NCBI GenBank assembly: GCA_963813815.1
Contig: CAWFAD010000006.1
Coordinates: 1 to 64,000, forward strand
Direction: 5' to 3'
Length of the DNA stretch: 64,000 nt
Origin: an uncultured bacterium
Lineage (GTDB): Bacteria; Krumholzibacteriota; Krumholzibacteriia; Krumholzibacteriales; Krumholzibacteriaceae
Shown piece after piece: positions 13,353 to 23,090 of the stretch (position 1 is the first letter of the stretch; every line of letters starts with the position of its first letter). The notes under the pieces are model-generated. The model was given only the letters and a program-made list of their open reading frames with translations. It made no database searches and was not told the origin of the DNA. Position numbers and translations under genes: made by a program.

Positions 13353-13740
13353 TCAGTAGCCGAGGAACTTGCGGAACTGCTGGCCGACGGCCATCGACTG
13401 ACCCATCCGCTGCACCCAGCCGTCGAGCGCCGCCTTCGTGTCGGCCGGGTTCCAGCCGCGCTCCTGGGCGAGGGTGATCATGCCGGCCTCGTCGGTGATG
13501 CCACGCGCCTGCGCGTCCCGGGCGAGCGCCGCGTAGTCCTGCGAGCGAGATGCCGTTGATGGGCGCCCAGATCGGGTCGTCGCCGGCGACCGAGCGGGTC
13601 GACGGCCCGCCCATGATGGCCGGGTCGATCGGTCCGGCGCCCTGGACGTGCACCATGCCCGGGCCCTGCTGGCCCGCCTGCTGGGCGAACGCCTGCTGCG
13701 CCTGTGCGGCTGCGTCCTTGGCCTTGTTGAACAGTCCCAT
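13353..13740 (-). CDS. Hypothetical protein, frameshifted near 13545
   Basis: MGLFNKAKDAA...DPIWAPINGISL joined to QDYAALA...GWVQRMGQS...FLGY. Confidence 0.65.
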
Positions 13741-13872
13741 CGCTGTGTCTCCGATCTGCCGGTGTCCCGGACGCTGTTGTGGCGAGACGCTACTCCCGGC
13801 AGCATGTGCGTCGTGAGCACGAGTTCCCTAGCTCGACGATCCCACTACTGATCTCGAACTCCCGAACAGAAC

Positions 13873-13886
13873 TGGAACACGTTTCA
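13873..13886. promoter_or_regulatory. KstR operator
   Basis: TGGAACACGTTTCA matches TnnAACnnGTTnnA, inside a longer palindrome upstream of the OB-fold/thiolase operon. Confidence 0.85.
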
Positions 13887-13918
13887 GTTTTGCGCGCCGA
13901 ACTCGGTACGCTGACCGC

Positions 13919-14358
13919 GTGTCAGCATCCACTCAACCCGCGGTCGACGGGTGGTTCGCCACCGACGACTCCGGCGACCCCCATCTGATCGGCGGCAAGT
14001 GCCACGCAGTGCGGCACCTACGTGTTCCCGCCGCGCGCCAACAACTGCCCCAACCCGGCCTGCGACGGCGACGACCTCGCGCAGGTGCCGCTGTCGCGGC
14101 GCGGCACGGTGTGGAGCTACACCGAGAACCGGTACGCGCCGCCGCCGCCGTATCCGGCGCCGGATCCCGTTCGAGCCGTTCGCGGTCGCCGCGGTCGAAC
14201 TCGGCCGACGAGGGCCTGATCGTGCTCGGCAAGGTCGTCGAGGGCACGCTGGCCGCCGACCTGAAGGTCGGCATGGAGATGGAGCTGACCACCATGCCGC
14301 TCTACACCGACGACGACGGCGTCGAGCGCATCGTCTACGCCTGGAGGATCGCGCATGA
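13919..14358 (+). CDS. Zn-ribbon/OB-fold (DUF35) protein, Rv1628c-like, frameshifted
   Basis: GKC..CGT..FPP...CPNPAC, GTVWSYT, LKVGMEMEL; TACGCT 6 nt before the GTG. Confidence 0.9.
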
Positions 14359-15565
14359 GCACCGCCCGAACCGGTCTACATCCTCGGCGCCGGCATGCAC
14401 CCGTGGGGCAAGTGGGGCCGCGACTTCACCGAGTACGGCGTCGTCGCCGCCCGCGCCGCGCTGGCCGAGGCCGGCCTGGACTGGCGCCAGATCCAGCTGG
14501 TCGCCGGCGCCGACACCATCCGCAACGGCTACCCCGGCTTCGTCGCCGGCGTCGACGTTCGCCCAGAAGCTGGGCTGGAACGGCGTCCCCGTCACCTCGA
14601 GCTACGCGGCCTGCGCCAGCGGCTCGCAGGCGCTGCAGAGCGCCCGCGCCCAGATCCTGGCCGGGTTCTGCGACGTCGCCCTGGTCATCGGCGCCGACAC
14701 CACCCCGAAGGGCTTCTTCGCCCCGGTCGGCGGCGAACGCAAGAACGACCCGGACTGGCAGCGCTTCCACCTGATCGGCGCGACCAACCCGGTGTACTTC
14801 GCGCTGCTGGCGCGCCGCCGGATGGACCTCTACGGCGCCACGCTCGAGGACTTCGCCGCAGGTCAAGGTGAAGAACGCCCGGCACGGCCTGGACAACCCG
14901 AACGCCCGCTACCGCAAGGAGAGCCGCGGTCGAGGACGTGCTGGCCAGCCCGGTGGTCGTCCGATCCGCTGCGGCTGCTCGACATCTGCGCCACCTCCGA
15001 CGGCGCGGCCGCGCTGATCGTGGCCAGCAAGTCGTTCGCCGAGAAGCACCTCGGCTCGCTCGAGGGCGTGCCGTCGGTGCGCGCGGTCAGCACCGTGACG
15101 CCGCAGCTACCCGCAGCACCTGCCCGAATTGCCCGACATCGCAACCGATTCCACCGCGGTGGTGCCCGCGCCCGGAGCGGGTGTTCAAGGACCAGATCCT
15201 CGACGCCGCCTACGCCGAGGCCGGCATCGGGCCCGAGGACCTCAGCCTGGCCGAGGTCTACGACCTGTCCACCGCGCTGGAACTCGACTGGTACGAGCAC
15301 CTCGGCCTGTGCGCCAAGGGCGAGGCCGAGCAGCTGCTGCGCAGCGGCGCGACCACCATCGGCGGCCGCATCCCGGTCAACGCGTCCGGCGGGCTGGCCT
15401 GCTTCGGCGAGGCCATCCCCGCGCAGGCCATCGCGCAGGTCTGCGAGCTCACCTGGCAGCTCAAGGGCCAGGCCACCGGCCGTCAGGTCGAAGGGCGCCA
15501 CGGTCGGCGTCACCGCCAACCAGGGCCTGTTCGGCCACGGCTCGTCGGTGATCGTCGCCCGCTGA
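14355..15565 (+). CDS. Lipid-transfer protein/SCP2-type thiolase, Rv1627c-like, frameshifted
   Basis: GAGMHPWGKWG, AACASGSQA, CATSDGAAA, AEVYDLS, VNASGGL, TANQGLFGHG. Confidence 0.93.
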
Positions 15566-15581
15566 GCCCCGGAATACGCCG

Positions 15582-15615
15582 CGCCGAGCGTACGGTTTCT
15601 GACGGATTTCGGCCT
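15582..15615. repeat. One arm of a mycobacterial intergenic palindromic (REP-like) repeat
   Basis: cgccgagcgtacggtttctgacggatttcggc resembles mycobacterial intergenic palindromes (from memory); it abuts the IS end and no partner arm was seen. Confidence 0.45.
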
Positions 15616-16140
15616 GGATTCAGTCGGTCGCTGCAACACCTGATTCGTTGAGGGGTGTTGTTCGATGGCTTTTCGCAACCGGGGTAGCAAAGCGCCCGAG
15701 GGGGCGCGTGAGGTGTTCTTCGAAGGCTTTGAAGTTGGGGGGCGTCGCGGTCGGCGGCGGCCACCGCGGCCGGGGTGTCTCAGCAGACTGGGTCCCGGTG
15801 GGCCGGGGCGGCGGGGCATGGTGTCGATGTCCGGCATTACGGGGTCCGCTCATCCAGCTGAGACGCGCGCGGCGTTCTGGGCGGCGATGCGGTCGGGGGG
15901 GTCCGTTGAGCGGGCTGCGCAGGACTGCGGCGTGTCGCAGTCCAGAGCGTCGATCTGGGTGAAAGAGGCTGGTTATGTGCCCAGGACCTCTGCTGTTGCC
16001 ATCGTGGAGATCGACCAGTCGCGGCGGCCTTGGGCGCCGCTGTCGTTCACCGAACGTTGGCGGCTCGAGGAACTGCTGGAGGGCGGCTGCTCGGTGGTGG
16101 GCGCGGCCCACCTGCTCGGGCGCCACCGCGACACCATCGA
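15616..16140 (+). mobile_element. IS30-family insertion sequence, left end plus N-terminal transposase, truncated at the junction
   Basis: End-like sequence ggattcagtcggtcgctgcaacac; ORF from about 15818 with two HTH segments (FWAAMRSGGSVERAA; LSFTERWRLEELL..G.S....AHLLGRHRDTI); no DDE domain. Confidence 0.75.
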
Positions 16141-16205
16141 CGGCGAGATCGTAAAGATCCTCGACCTCCTCGGCATCGCCGGGTCGGCCAGGACGTCGCC
16201 GACCT
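16140..16205. other. Chimeric junction between a mycobacterial genome and an unrelated diderm genome
   Basis: Transposase (+) and TPR gene (-) both break here; gene content, codon style and frameshift density change. Confidence 0.9.
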
Positions 16206-17100
16206 CGGCCGCGCTCCGGTAGGCGCCGCTCGCGAGGAAAACGTTCGCCTTGGCGAGCATCGCGGGATCGCGAAGGGGCGAATGGGGGTAGCGCTCGGCG
16301 ACCTCCTGATACTTCGCGGCCGCCTTGAGGGAGCTCCCCTGCGCCTCGAGGACGAGCGCGCGGAGGTACGACGCCGCGGGGCCCTCGGGCATATTCTCGA
16401 GCAGGCCGGCCGCATCCGCGTACCGCCCGTCGAGATACGCGGCCGTCGAGCGGGCGAGGACGACGCGCGAATCCTTTTCCATCCAGCGCCGGCTCGAAAC
16501 GAGCCCTTCGAGCGTTCGCGCCGCCTCGGCCGTCGCGCCCCGGCGAAGCGCGTTCCAGGAGCGCGCGAGCTGCGCCTCGCCCATGAGCGGGCTCAGCGGA
16601 TGGTTCTTTTCCCATTCCTTCCAGGCGCGCGCCGCCTCGTCGTCGCGTCCCGCCGCCTCGAGCGACATGATGCGGGCGAGCGACGCGTCGTCCGCGAGCG
16701 GCCCGCCGCCGTCGCGTTTCGCGGCGTCGCGAAACTCCTCGGCCGCTCTCTGGTAGTCGCCGAGGGCGTGACGGATCTCCCCGGAGAGAAAATGGACCGC
16801 CGTTCGCTTTTCCTTCGGCACGTCCGAGCGGAGAAGCTCCTCGAGCGCGGCCGCCGCCTCTTCGACGGCCTGCCGGCGCTCCGGAATGGGGACGCGCCGG
16901 GCGCGTTCGAGCGCGAGACCGATCTCCGGGATTGTTGACGGCCGCGCGGCGCCGGGAGCGGCCTTCGCGTCCTCCGCCCGCGCGGGGCGGAGAGGGCCTG
17001 CGATGATCGAGGAGGCGAGCGCGGCGCCGAGAGCGAGACAGACGACCGGCCGCGCGAACTGCATTTTCCGTATGTGCGTCATTCGAATCACTCCCTGCAT
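16205..17100 (-). CDS. Secreted/periplasmic TPR protein (CpoB/BamD-like repeats), 3'-truncated
   Basis: Signal peptide ...ARAEDA; TPR units ALGDYQRAAEEF, HPLSPLMGEAQL, YPHSPLRDPAML. Confidence 0.85.
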
Positions 17101-17107
17101 GGTCGTA

Positions 17108-18382
17108 TCAGTTCGATTCGCTCACGATGACCGGCACGTCGCCTTGCGGGCCGGAGGTCATGATTTCGACGATGCGCTCGCGCCCCTCGGTGATGCGGCC
17201 TTCCGCGTCGACGACGACGAGCCGGTAACGATAGCCGCCGTCCGCGAGCGGCAGGCCGGTTTCGTCCTTGCCGTCCCACATGATATGGGCGGGGGGCGAT
17301 CCCTTGCCGCTGAACCGGCGCACGGTCTGGCTCGATTTGTCGACGATCGAGAGGCTCCAGACGGAGGCGTCCGCCTTCGTTCTCGCCGTGAGGCTGAACT
17401 TCGTGACGGGCTGCGTGCCGAGCGGCGAGAAGACGGGCGGTGAGGCCTGCGAGCTCGCGAAGAATCCGCCGAAGCGGTAGGAGATGCCGATGCGGTGCGT
17501 CATGCCGAGCACCTGATCGGACATGCCGTAATCGAGCCGCATGCCCGGCGTCAGAACGAAGCTCGCGCCGCCCGATACGTACGAGTCGCAGTATCCGACG
17601 CGGAGCCCCATGATCGGATGGATCCAGAACTCGCTGCCGGCGTGAACGCGCGTCTCGTAGCCCGCGCGATGATCGATCTCGGTCGAGAAGATCCCCCGTC
17701 CCGAGAGGAAGCGCACCGCGAATCCTCCGCGGAGCTCGACCGGGTAATCCTCCGCCGTCTCGCGGAGCGTGAGGCTCGGCCCGCCGATGTTGAGGAACGA
17801 GGCGCCGACGACGACGGACGGCAGGACGCGGGCGAGAACGCCGATGTCGGCTCCCGCTCCCGACGCCTGGAACTCGTCGATGCTCTGGCGGATGATCTTG
17901 ACGTTCGCCCCGACGGCGACGGAGCGTGCGACGCTCTTCGAGGCGGAGAGGATGTAGGCCGTCTCGCCCTCGCTGAACGTGCCGAGCGGGTCGTTGAGCT
18001 CGTTCGTGCGTTCGAACTCGCCCGAGCCGAACGAGACGACCGTGAGTCCGAAGCCCGGGAGCATGCGCCGCTCGGGCGTCGCGAATCCGATCGCGTTGAT
18101 GGACGTTTCCTCGAAAAGGCGGGCCGTCTCGAGGTGAAGCGTGTTCTGAAACATCTGCGTGAGGCAGGCGGGGTTCCAGATGAGACCGAGCGGCTCGTCC
18201 GCCGCGGCGACGAAGGCGCCGCCCATGCCGACGCTGCGCGCGCTCGAATATTTCGAGAGCCAGTCTCCGGGGGCGCCGCCGATCTCTTCCTCGGCGGCGG
18301 CGTTGCCCGCCGCGAGCGCCATGAGCCCGAGCGCGAGGAGCGTCGCGACGGAACGGTGCGTCTTGGTATCGATGCGTTTCAT
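17108..18382 (-). CDS. PorV/PorQ (UPF0164)-family outer-membrane protein fused to a C-terminal FlgD-Ig domain
   Basis: Signal peptide, SARSVGMGGAFVA..D....WNPACL, barrel end THRIGISYRFG, then WDGKDETGLPLADGGYRYRL. Confidence 0.85.
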   Translation of the reverse strand: MKRIDTKTHRSVATLLALGLMALAAGNAAAEEEIGGAPGDWLSKYSSARSVGMGGAFVAAADEPLGLIWNPACLTQMFQNTLHLETARLFEETSINAIGFATPERRMLPGFGLTVVSFGSGEFERTNELNDPLGTFSEGETAYILSASKSVARSVAVGANVKIIRQSIDEFQASGAGADIGVLARVLPSVVVGASFLNIGGPSLTLRETAEDYPVELRGGFAVRFLSGRGIFSTEIDHRAGYETRVHAGSEFWIHPIMGLRVGYCDSYVSGGASFVLTPGMRLDYGMSDQVLGMTHRIGISYRFGGFFASSQASPPVFSPLGTQPVTKFSLTARTKADASVWSLSIVDKSSQTVRRFSGKGSPPAHIMWDGKDETGLPLADGGYRYRLVVVDAEGRITEGRERIVEIMTSGPQGDVPVIVSESN

Positions 18383-18394
18383 GGGTCCTCCTGT

Positions 18395-21300
18395 TTACCG
18401 CACGACCGCTACTCTGCGGCGCATGACGTGAAGCGTTTCTCCGTGTCCTTCCGCCTCGACGACGGCGAGGTAGCCGCCGCTCGCGACGTAATCGTTCTTG
18501 CCGTTGCGGCCGTCCCACGCGATTTCGTTGAGGCCGATCGATCCGCCGGGCGCCCCGTGCTCGTACTGCCGGCGCAGGACGAGGACGCCGCTCAACGTGT
18601 AAATGCGAAGCGTCACGTCCGCGTCGTCGGCCAGCTTGTAGGCGATCGTGGTCGCGGTCTCGCCGGGATGGAACGGATTCGGGTAGTTCGTAATGGTGCC
18701 GTTTCCGGCGTTCGGATCGACGAGCGCCGTTTCGATGTCGAGGTAGGCGACGAGGCCGTTCGAGACGGCCTGCACCCGGCTCACGCCCGGCTCGCGCGGG
18801 CTGAGGAAATCGGCCCGGGCGACGCCCGCGTCGTTCGTCAGCGTGTCGAGGGGCGTGAGGACGCCGCCGCCGCTCGCGAGCGCGAAGGCGAGCGGCTCGC
18901 CGGCGACGCCGTTATCGTAGGCGTCGACGACAGTGGCGCTCACGGTCGCGTGTTTGAATCCGCCGACCCACGCCGGGACGCTCGCGAGCTCGATCTCGGC
19001 CGGATCGCCCGGGCTCACGACGATCGCGTCGGTAGCCGCGGGGGCGTTGCCGGCGTCGTCCTCGACGTAGAGAATGATCGGCTCGGCGTACGTGTAGGTT
19101 TCGGTGACGGAACGCTGCCCCTGCAAGAGCTGGAAGCGCGTCGTGAGCAGCGTGCCCTTGCCGGGCTCGCGCGTCGAGGCGTTCATCACGCTGACCGTGA
19201 TGAAGGAGTTGATCTCCTGAATGACGCTTCCCGCGTCGTTCGTCACCTTGACGGTGAGGGTGAAGCTCTGGCCTGCCTGAACCGCGTTCGGCACGGCCAC
19301 GGCCTCGAGATGAAATCCGCTCGATATCACGCGCACCTCCGTCGTGCTCGGCGGCATGGCCGGCTGCGAGAGGTTCGTCGCCGTGATCTGCTGATAGCCG
19401 CCGGTCGAGAGGCGCACGTTCATGTCGACTCGGCCGTCGACGAGTGGCGCGTCCGGCGGGAGCTCCGCGAGAGGATCGTTCGAGGTGATCCGGATGAGGT
19501 CGCCCACGCCGGCGACCGGATTCCACCAGGCGTCGGTCGCGTAGACGGCCACGGTAAAGGCGAAGTTGATCGACTGATCGGTCGCCTCGCCCGTGCGTCC
19601 CGTTTCGGTTCCCGGGGCGAGCGTTTCGCCGGGGGCGAGGATGAGTATGCGCGAGTAGGGGCCTCCGACTATCTCCACGGGCCGCGAGGTGTGCGGCGCG
19701 ATACCCGCGGAATCGAGGTCGGCGGCGGTGATCGTCTGCAGTCCGCATTTGTACAGGGTCGCCGGGAACGAGAGCTCGCCGCCCGCGAGCGTCGTCTCGG
19801 CCGGCAATCCCGCGAACGCGTCCGAAGAGCCGAGCGCGATCCGGTCGTTCACGCCGGGGACGAGGTTCCAGAACTCGTCGACGGCGCGGACGGCGACGGA
19901 AAACGCGGTGCCGGCGTTCTGAGTCGTGGGCTCGCCGCTGTATCCCGACACCGTGCCGCCGCGCGGGGTCTGACCCGGCAGGAGCACCTGGAGTCCGACG
20001 AACGGCCCCGGCAGCACCTGAAAGCTGTTGCTCACGCCGGTGTGGGGCGGCATCGAGAAATCGGAGCAGGTGAAGGTAACGAGGCTTCCTGCGCCGCGGA
20101 AGATCATGCCGGCCGTCCACACGCCGCCGCTGAAGACGATCGCCTCGGGGCTGATGCTCCCGGGGCCCGTGTTCGCGAAGAGGATCGCGTTTCCCTGATA
20201 ATCCGGGATCGTGTTGCCGCCGATATCAACGGCGCGGATCGTGACGCCGATCGGTTCTCCCGCGACGACGGGGGAGGGGATCGGCGAAATCTCGAAGTGA
20301 TGAGGCGCGCTCGGAATGACGTTGACGGGCGCGCTCGTCATCGGCTTGATGGCGGCGTTCGTCCGGTCGGTGACGGTGAGGGTCTGCGCGCCGACCGTGG
20401 CGAGCGTCACGGCGAGCTGAACGTAGCCGCCCGAGAGCCTGCCCAGAACGGGCGTGCTCGCGCCCTGATCGGTCGAGGTCACGATAACCTCGTCCCAGCT
20501 CGACACGGTGTTCCAGTAAGAGTCGGTCCCGTAGAGGTCGACGGCGAAACCCTGCCCGGCGGCCTGCGCGGCGGGCGAGCCGATGAGACCGGCGATGCTT
20601 CCCGGAAGAGGCGTCTGGCCCGGCAGGACGATCTGAACGCGCGCGAATGGACCCGGATGAACGATAAAGGGATCGCTCGTTCCGTTCTTCGCGGGATCCG
20701 ACTCGAGATACGCGTACGCGTTGACGTTGCCGCGGCTGATGTTGCTCTCGTCGGCCCGGTACATCGTGAGCTCCCCGGCCCACCGGCCGGCCGTGAGCGT
20801 GACGACCTCGGGCGATATGCGTCCCTCGCCGAAGCTCGTGATCTCGCGCAAGCGAACCTGGCCGTTGAAGCCGGCCACGACTTGCTCGTTCGGGTCGATC
20901 GCGGTGAGCGTGTAATTCTCGGGAACGCCCGCGTAGGTATGTTTCTGACTTATGTAATTGAACCGGAAGCCCTGCAGGACCATGGACTCGACGTAAGCCG
21001 ACGTCGCTTCCGGAACCGTCGGATCGGAGTCGTCCCGCGCGGAGAACGCGAACGAGCCGCCGGCGTTGAGCGCCACCGTGAACTGCGCGGCGCCGCTCAC
21101 GAGCTGCTTCGGTCCCGGCAGGCTCGCGCTCTCATCCGTCGACGAGATCGACACGACGTGCGTGATGGAGGTCGCCGTGTTCCAATCCGCGTCGCATGCG
21201 CGCACGTTGATCGTGAAGGGGATGCCGGCCGTCTGCGGCACGGGCGTGCCCGTTTTTCCCGACACGGTGCCGGGAGCCGCGGTTTCGCCCGGCAGCAGGA

Positions 21301-21418
21301 CCTGGAGCTTCACGTAGGTCTGCGCCCCGGCCGGCGCGGCGGCGGCGCCGAGCAATCCCGCGCAGATGACGACGAACGCGATGAAAGAAAGCTTGATGGC
21401 CCGGTGCACGGCTTTCAC
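18395..21418 (-). CDS. Large secreted Ig-like repeat protein with a C-terminal FlgD-Ig/T9SS-like sorting domain
   Basis: Intact 1007 aa; signal peptide; four LPG[EQ]T...D..WN repeats; NYPNPFHP...IYTLSG...WDGRNG...ASGGYL...RRRVAVVR. Confidence 0.85.
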   Translation of the reverse strand: MKAVHRAIKLSFIAFVVICAGLLGAAAAPAGAQTYVKLQVLLPGETAAPGTVSGKTGTPVPQTAGIPFTINVRACDADWNTATSITHVVSISSTDESASLPGPKQLVSGAAQFTVALNAGGSFAFSARDDSDPTVPEATSAYVESMVLQGFRFNYISQKHTYAGVPENYTLTAIDPNEQVVAGFNGQVRLREITSFGEGRISPEVVTLTAGRWAGELTMYRADESNISRGNVNAYAYLESDPAKNGTSDPFIVHPGPFARVQIVLPGQTPLPGSIAGLIGSPAAQAAGQGFAVDLYGTDSYWNTVSSWDEVIVTSTDQGASTPVLGRLSGGYVQLAVTLATVGAQTLTVTDRTNAAIKPMTSAPVNVIPSAPHHFEISPIPSPVVAGEPIGVTIRAVDIGGNTIPDYQGNAILFANTGPGSISPEAIVFSGGVWTAGMIFRGAGSLVTFTCSDFSMPPHTGVSNSFQVLPGPFVGLQVLLPGQTPRGGTVSGYSGEPTTQNAGTAFSVAVRAVDEFWNLVPGVNDRIALGSSDAFAGLPAETTLAGGELSFPATLYKCGLQTITAADLDSAGIAPHTSRPVEIVGGPYSRILILAPGETLAPGTETGRTGEATDQSINFAFTVAVYATDAWWNPVAGVGDLIRITSNDPLAELPPDAPLVDGRVDMNVRLSTGGYQQITATNLSQPAMPPSTTEVRVISSGFHLEAVAVPNAVQAGQSFTLTVKVTNDAGSVIQEINSFITVSVMNASTREPGKGTLLTTRFQLLQGQRSVTETYTYAEPIILYVEDDAGNAPAATDAIVVSPGDPAEIELASVPAWVGGFKHATVSATVVDAYDNGVAGEPLAFALASGGGVLTPLDTLTNDAGVARADFLSPREPGVSRVQAVSNGLVAYLDIETALVDPNAGNGTITNYPNPFHPGETATTIAYKLADDADVTLRIYTLSGVLVLRRQYEHGAPGGSIGLNEIAWDGRNGKNDYVASGGYLAVVEAEGHGETLHVMRRRVAVVR

Positions 21419-21525
21419 CTTCCCTCGTTACGGCGCGAAGCGGCCGCATGCGATTGCTTGCGATCGATTCGCCTCGTTTCAATGTCGAATCGTTGCGATT
21501 CCTTCCTCCAAAGGGAAGATGAACG

Positions 21526-21541
21526 TACAAGAAGCGCGCCA
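21526..21541 (-). promoter_or_regulatory. Putative sigma54 (-24/-12) promoter
   Basis: Minus strand TGGCGCG-cttc-TTGTA, about 110 bp before the large gene (GT at -12 instead of GC). Confidence 0.45.
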
Positions 21542-21805
21542 TGCCGCCGCGCGGCGGAGCGCGCCTCATGAATCGAATCGCCGTGGGTCTGCTGTCATGC
21601 AAGGCGTTAGACCGATTCCGCTCGCGCTGAAATTCGGGCGCTCGAGAGGCGTCCATGCCGCGCAACGGGGGGCGAGCGCCCGTTGGATAGTGCAGAATCG
21701 GAGCGAATGAATAAGGACAAAGAAGGGAGCGGAGGAAAAGTTCAGAAGCGCCGTCCCGCGATGAGGCGGAGTAGCGCCCCACGGGGAGCGAGCAAAACGC
21801 CACAC

Positions 21806-21838
21806 AAAAAGAGAGGGCGGCCCCGGGGCCGCCCTTCG
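21806..21838 (-). terminator. Intrinsic terminator
   Basis: Minus strand agggcggccccggggccgccct followed by ctcttttt, downstream of the 21878 stop. Confidence 0.8.
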
Positions 21839-21877
21839 AACGATGCGGGCGTTGTGGAGACTCCGCTCCGGCCGGCC

Positions 21878-23002
21878 TCACGGCTGCATTGAAGATTGGT
21901 GGAGGCGCATCGACTGCTCGTACGTGTGCCAGCGCTCCTCGAGATCTCTTTTCAGTCTCGCGGCGATCTCGGTCCTGCCGAGCGACTCGTTGCTCTCGAT
22001 CGCGGCGAGAACGTACTCGGGACGGGAGGGATCGAGGCCCATGGCGGCCATCGAGGCACGGAGCGGAACGATGCGCATTCCGTCCTCGCGCGCCGCCACG
22101 CCGAAGCGGTGGAGGGTTCCGGCGAGCTCGGCGGGCTGGAACGCCGCGACAAAGGCCATGATGGCCGCGAGCAGGGCGAGCGCCGCGAGATCGCCCTGCG
22201 GCCGCGCCTCGCGGCCCGGGCGCTGCCCGGCGATGCGCATCCCGTCGAGGGCCTGGACGACCCATGAGAGCGCGCCGACGCATCCGAAGCCGCCCATCAC
22301 GAGAAATACGTTCTCGAGAACGTCGGGCTGAAGCGCGAGGCCCGTCTTGCCCGCGTTCCAGTGCCAGAGGGCGGGCGCCTGCCGGAACACCGCGAGCGGG
22401 ATCGCGAGGAGCGAAACCATCCAGAGGGCGCCTGCCGCGCGCTTCGGGGCGCCCACGGCATGGAGGCCGAGGCCCGGAACGAGAAGTCCGAAAACGCCGA
22501 CGGCCGCGGGATGCTTCACGATCTCGGGGAGATTCCGGAGCAGGGGGGCCTTGACGCGTCCGGTGAGAGCCACGCCGCGGGCCCACGCCGAAAATCCCAT
22601 GAGCGCCGCCGCGCACACCGCGAGTAGCCAAATGAAGGATTGCGTATCGAAGCCCTGCCGCGCGCTCGGGAAAATGCCGCCCGCGCGAAGCCCGACGAGA
22701 GCCGCGGCCAGAGTCGTCGATGACGCGGCGATCCAGATCCAGAACGCGCTCTGCCGTCCCCGGCGCGTCGCGAGTATGGAGAACGGGCCCGCGAGGAACG
22801 AGAGAAACGCGAGCGCGGACGAGCCTTTTTCCTCGAGGCGATCGTACCGCGAGGGGGATTCGGCCGGGGAGGGGCGGGCTTCGGACCCCGGAGCGGCCTC
22901 GCCGGCCGCCGATTCAACGGAGCTCATGCGCGCCGAGCGCTTGCCTCGCGACTTGGCTCTCTTGCCGGAATCGATCACGTACACCTTCTCGTTCTTGCTC
23001 AC
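21878..23002 (-). CDS. Hypothetical multi-pass membrane protein
   Basis: Several hydrophobic segments; GTG after GAGGAGG; short helical C-terminus. Confidence 0.7.
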   Translation of the reverse strand: MSKNEKVYVIDSGKRAKSRGKRSARMSSVESAAGEAAPGSEARPSPAESPSRYDRLEEKGSSALAFLSFLAGPFSILATRRGRQSAFWIWIAASSTTLAAALVGLRAGGIFPSARQGFDTQSFIWLLAVCAAALMGFSAWARGVALTGRVKAPLLRNLPEIVKHPAAVGVFGLLVPGLGLHAVGAPKRAAGALWMVSLLAIPLAVFRQAPALWHWNAGKTGLALQPDVLENVFLVMGGFGCVGALSWVVQALDGMRIAGQRPGREARPQGDLAALALLAAIMAFVAAFQPAELAGTLHRFGVAAREDGMRIVPLRASMAAMGLDPSRPEYVLAAIESNESLGRTEIAARLKRDLEERWHTYEQSMRLHQSSMQP

Positions 23003-23090
23003 GGTGCCCTCCTCGTTCCAGAAATGCCGCATTGTCCACCGTCGATGCGAATCGTCTCGGCTTTCGCGGTGCAATGCGCCGGGGATCGAG

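Noticed and set aside
17495..21571. 1358-aa plus-strand ORF
   Set aside because: Antisense shadow of the real minus-strand genes in GC-rich DNA; Arg/Ala-rich with no motifs
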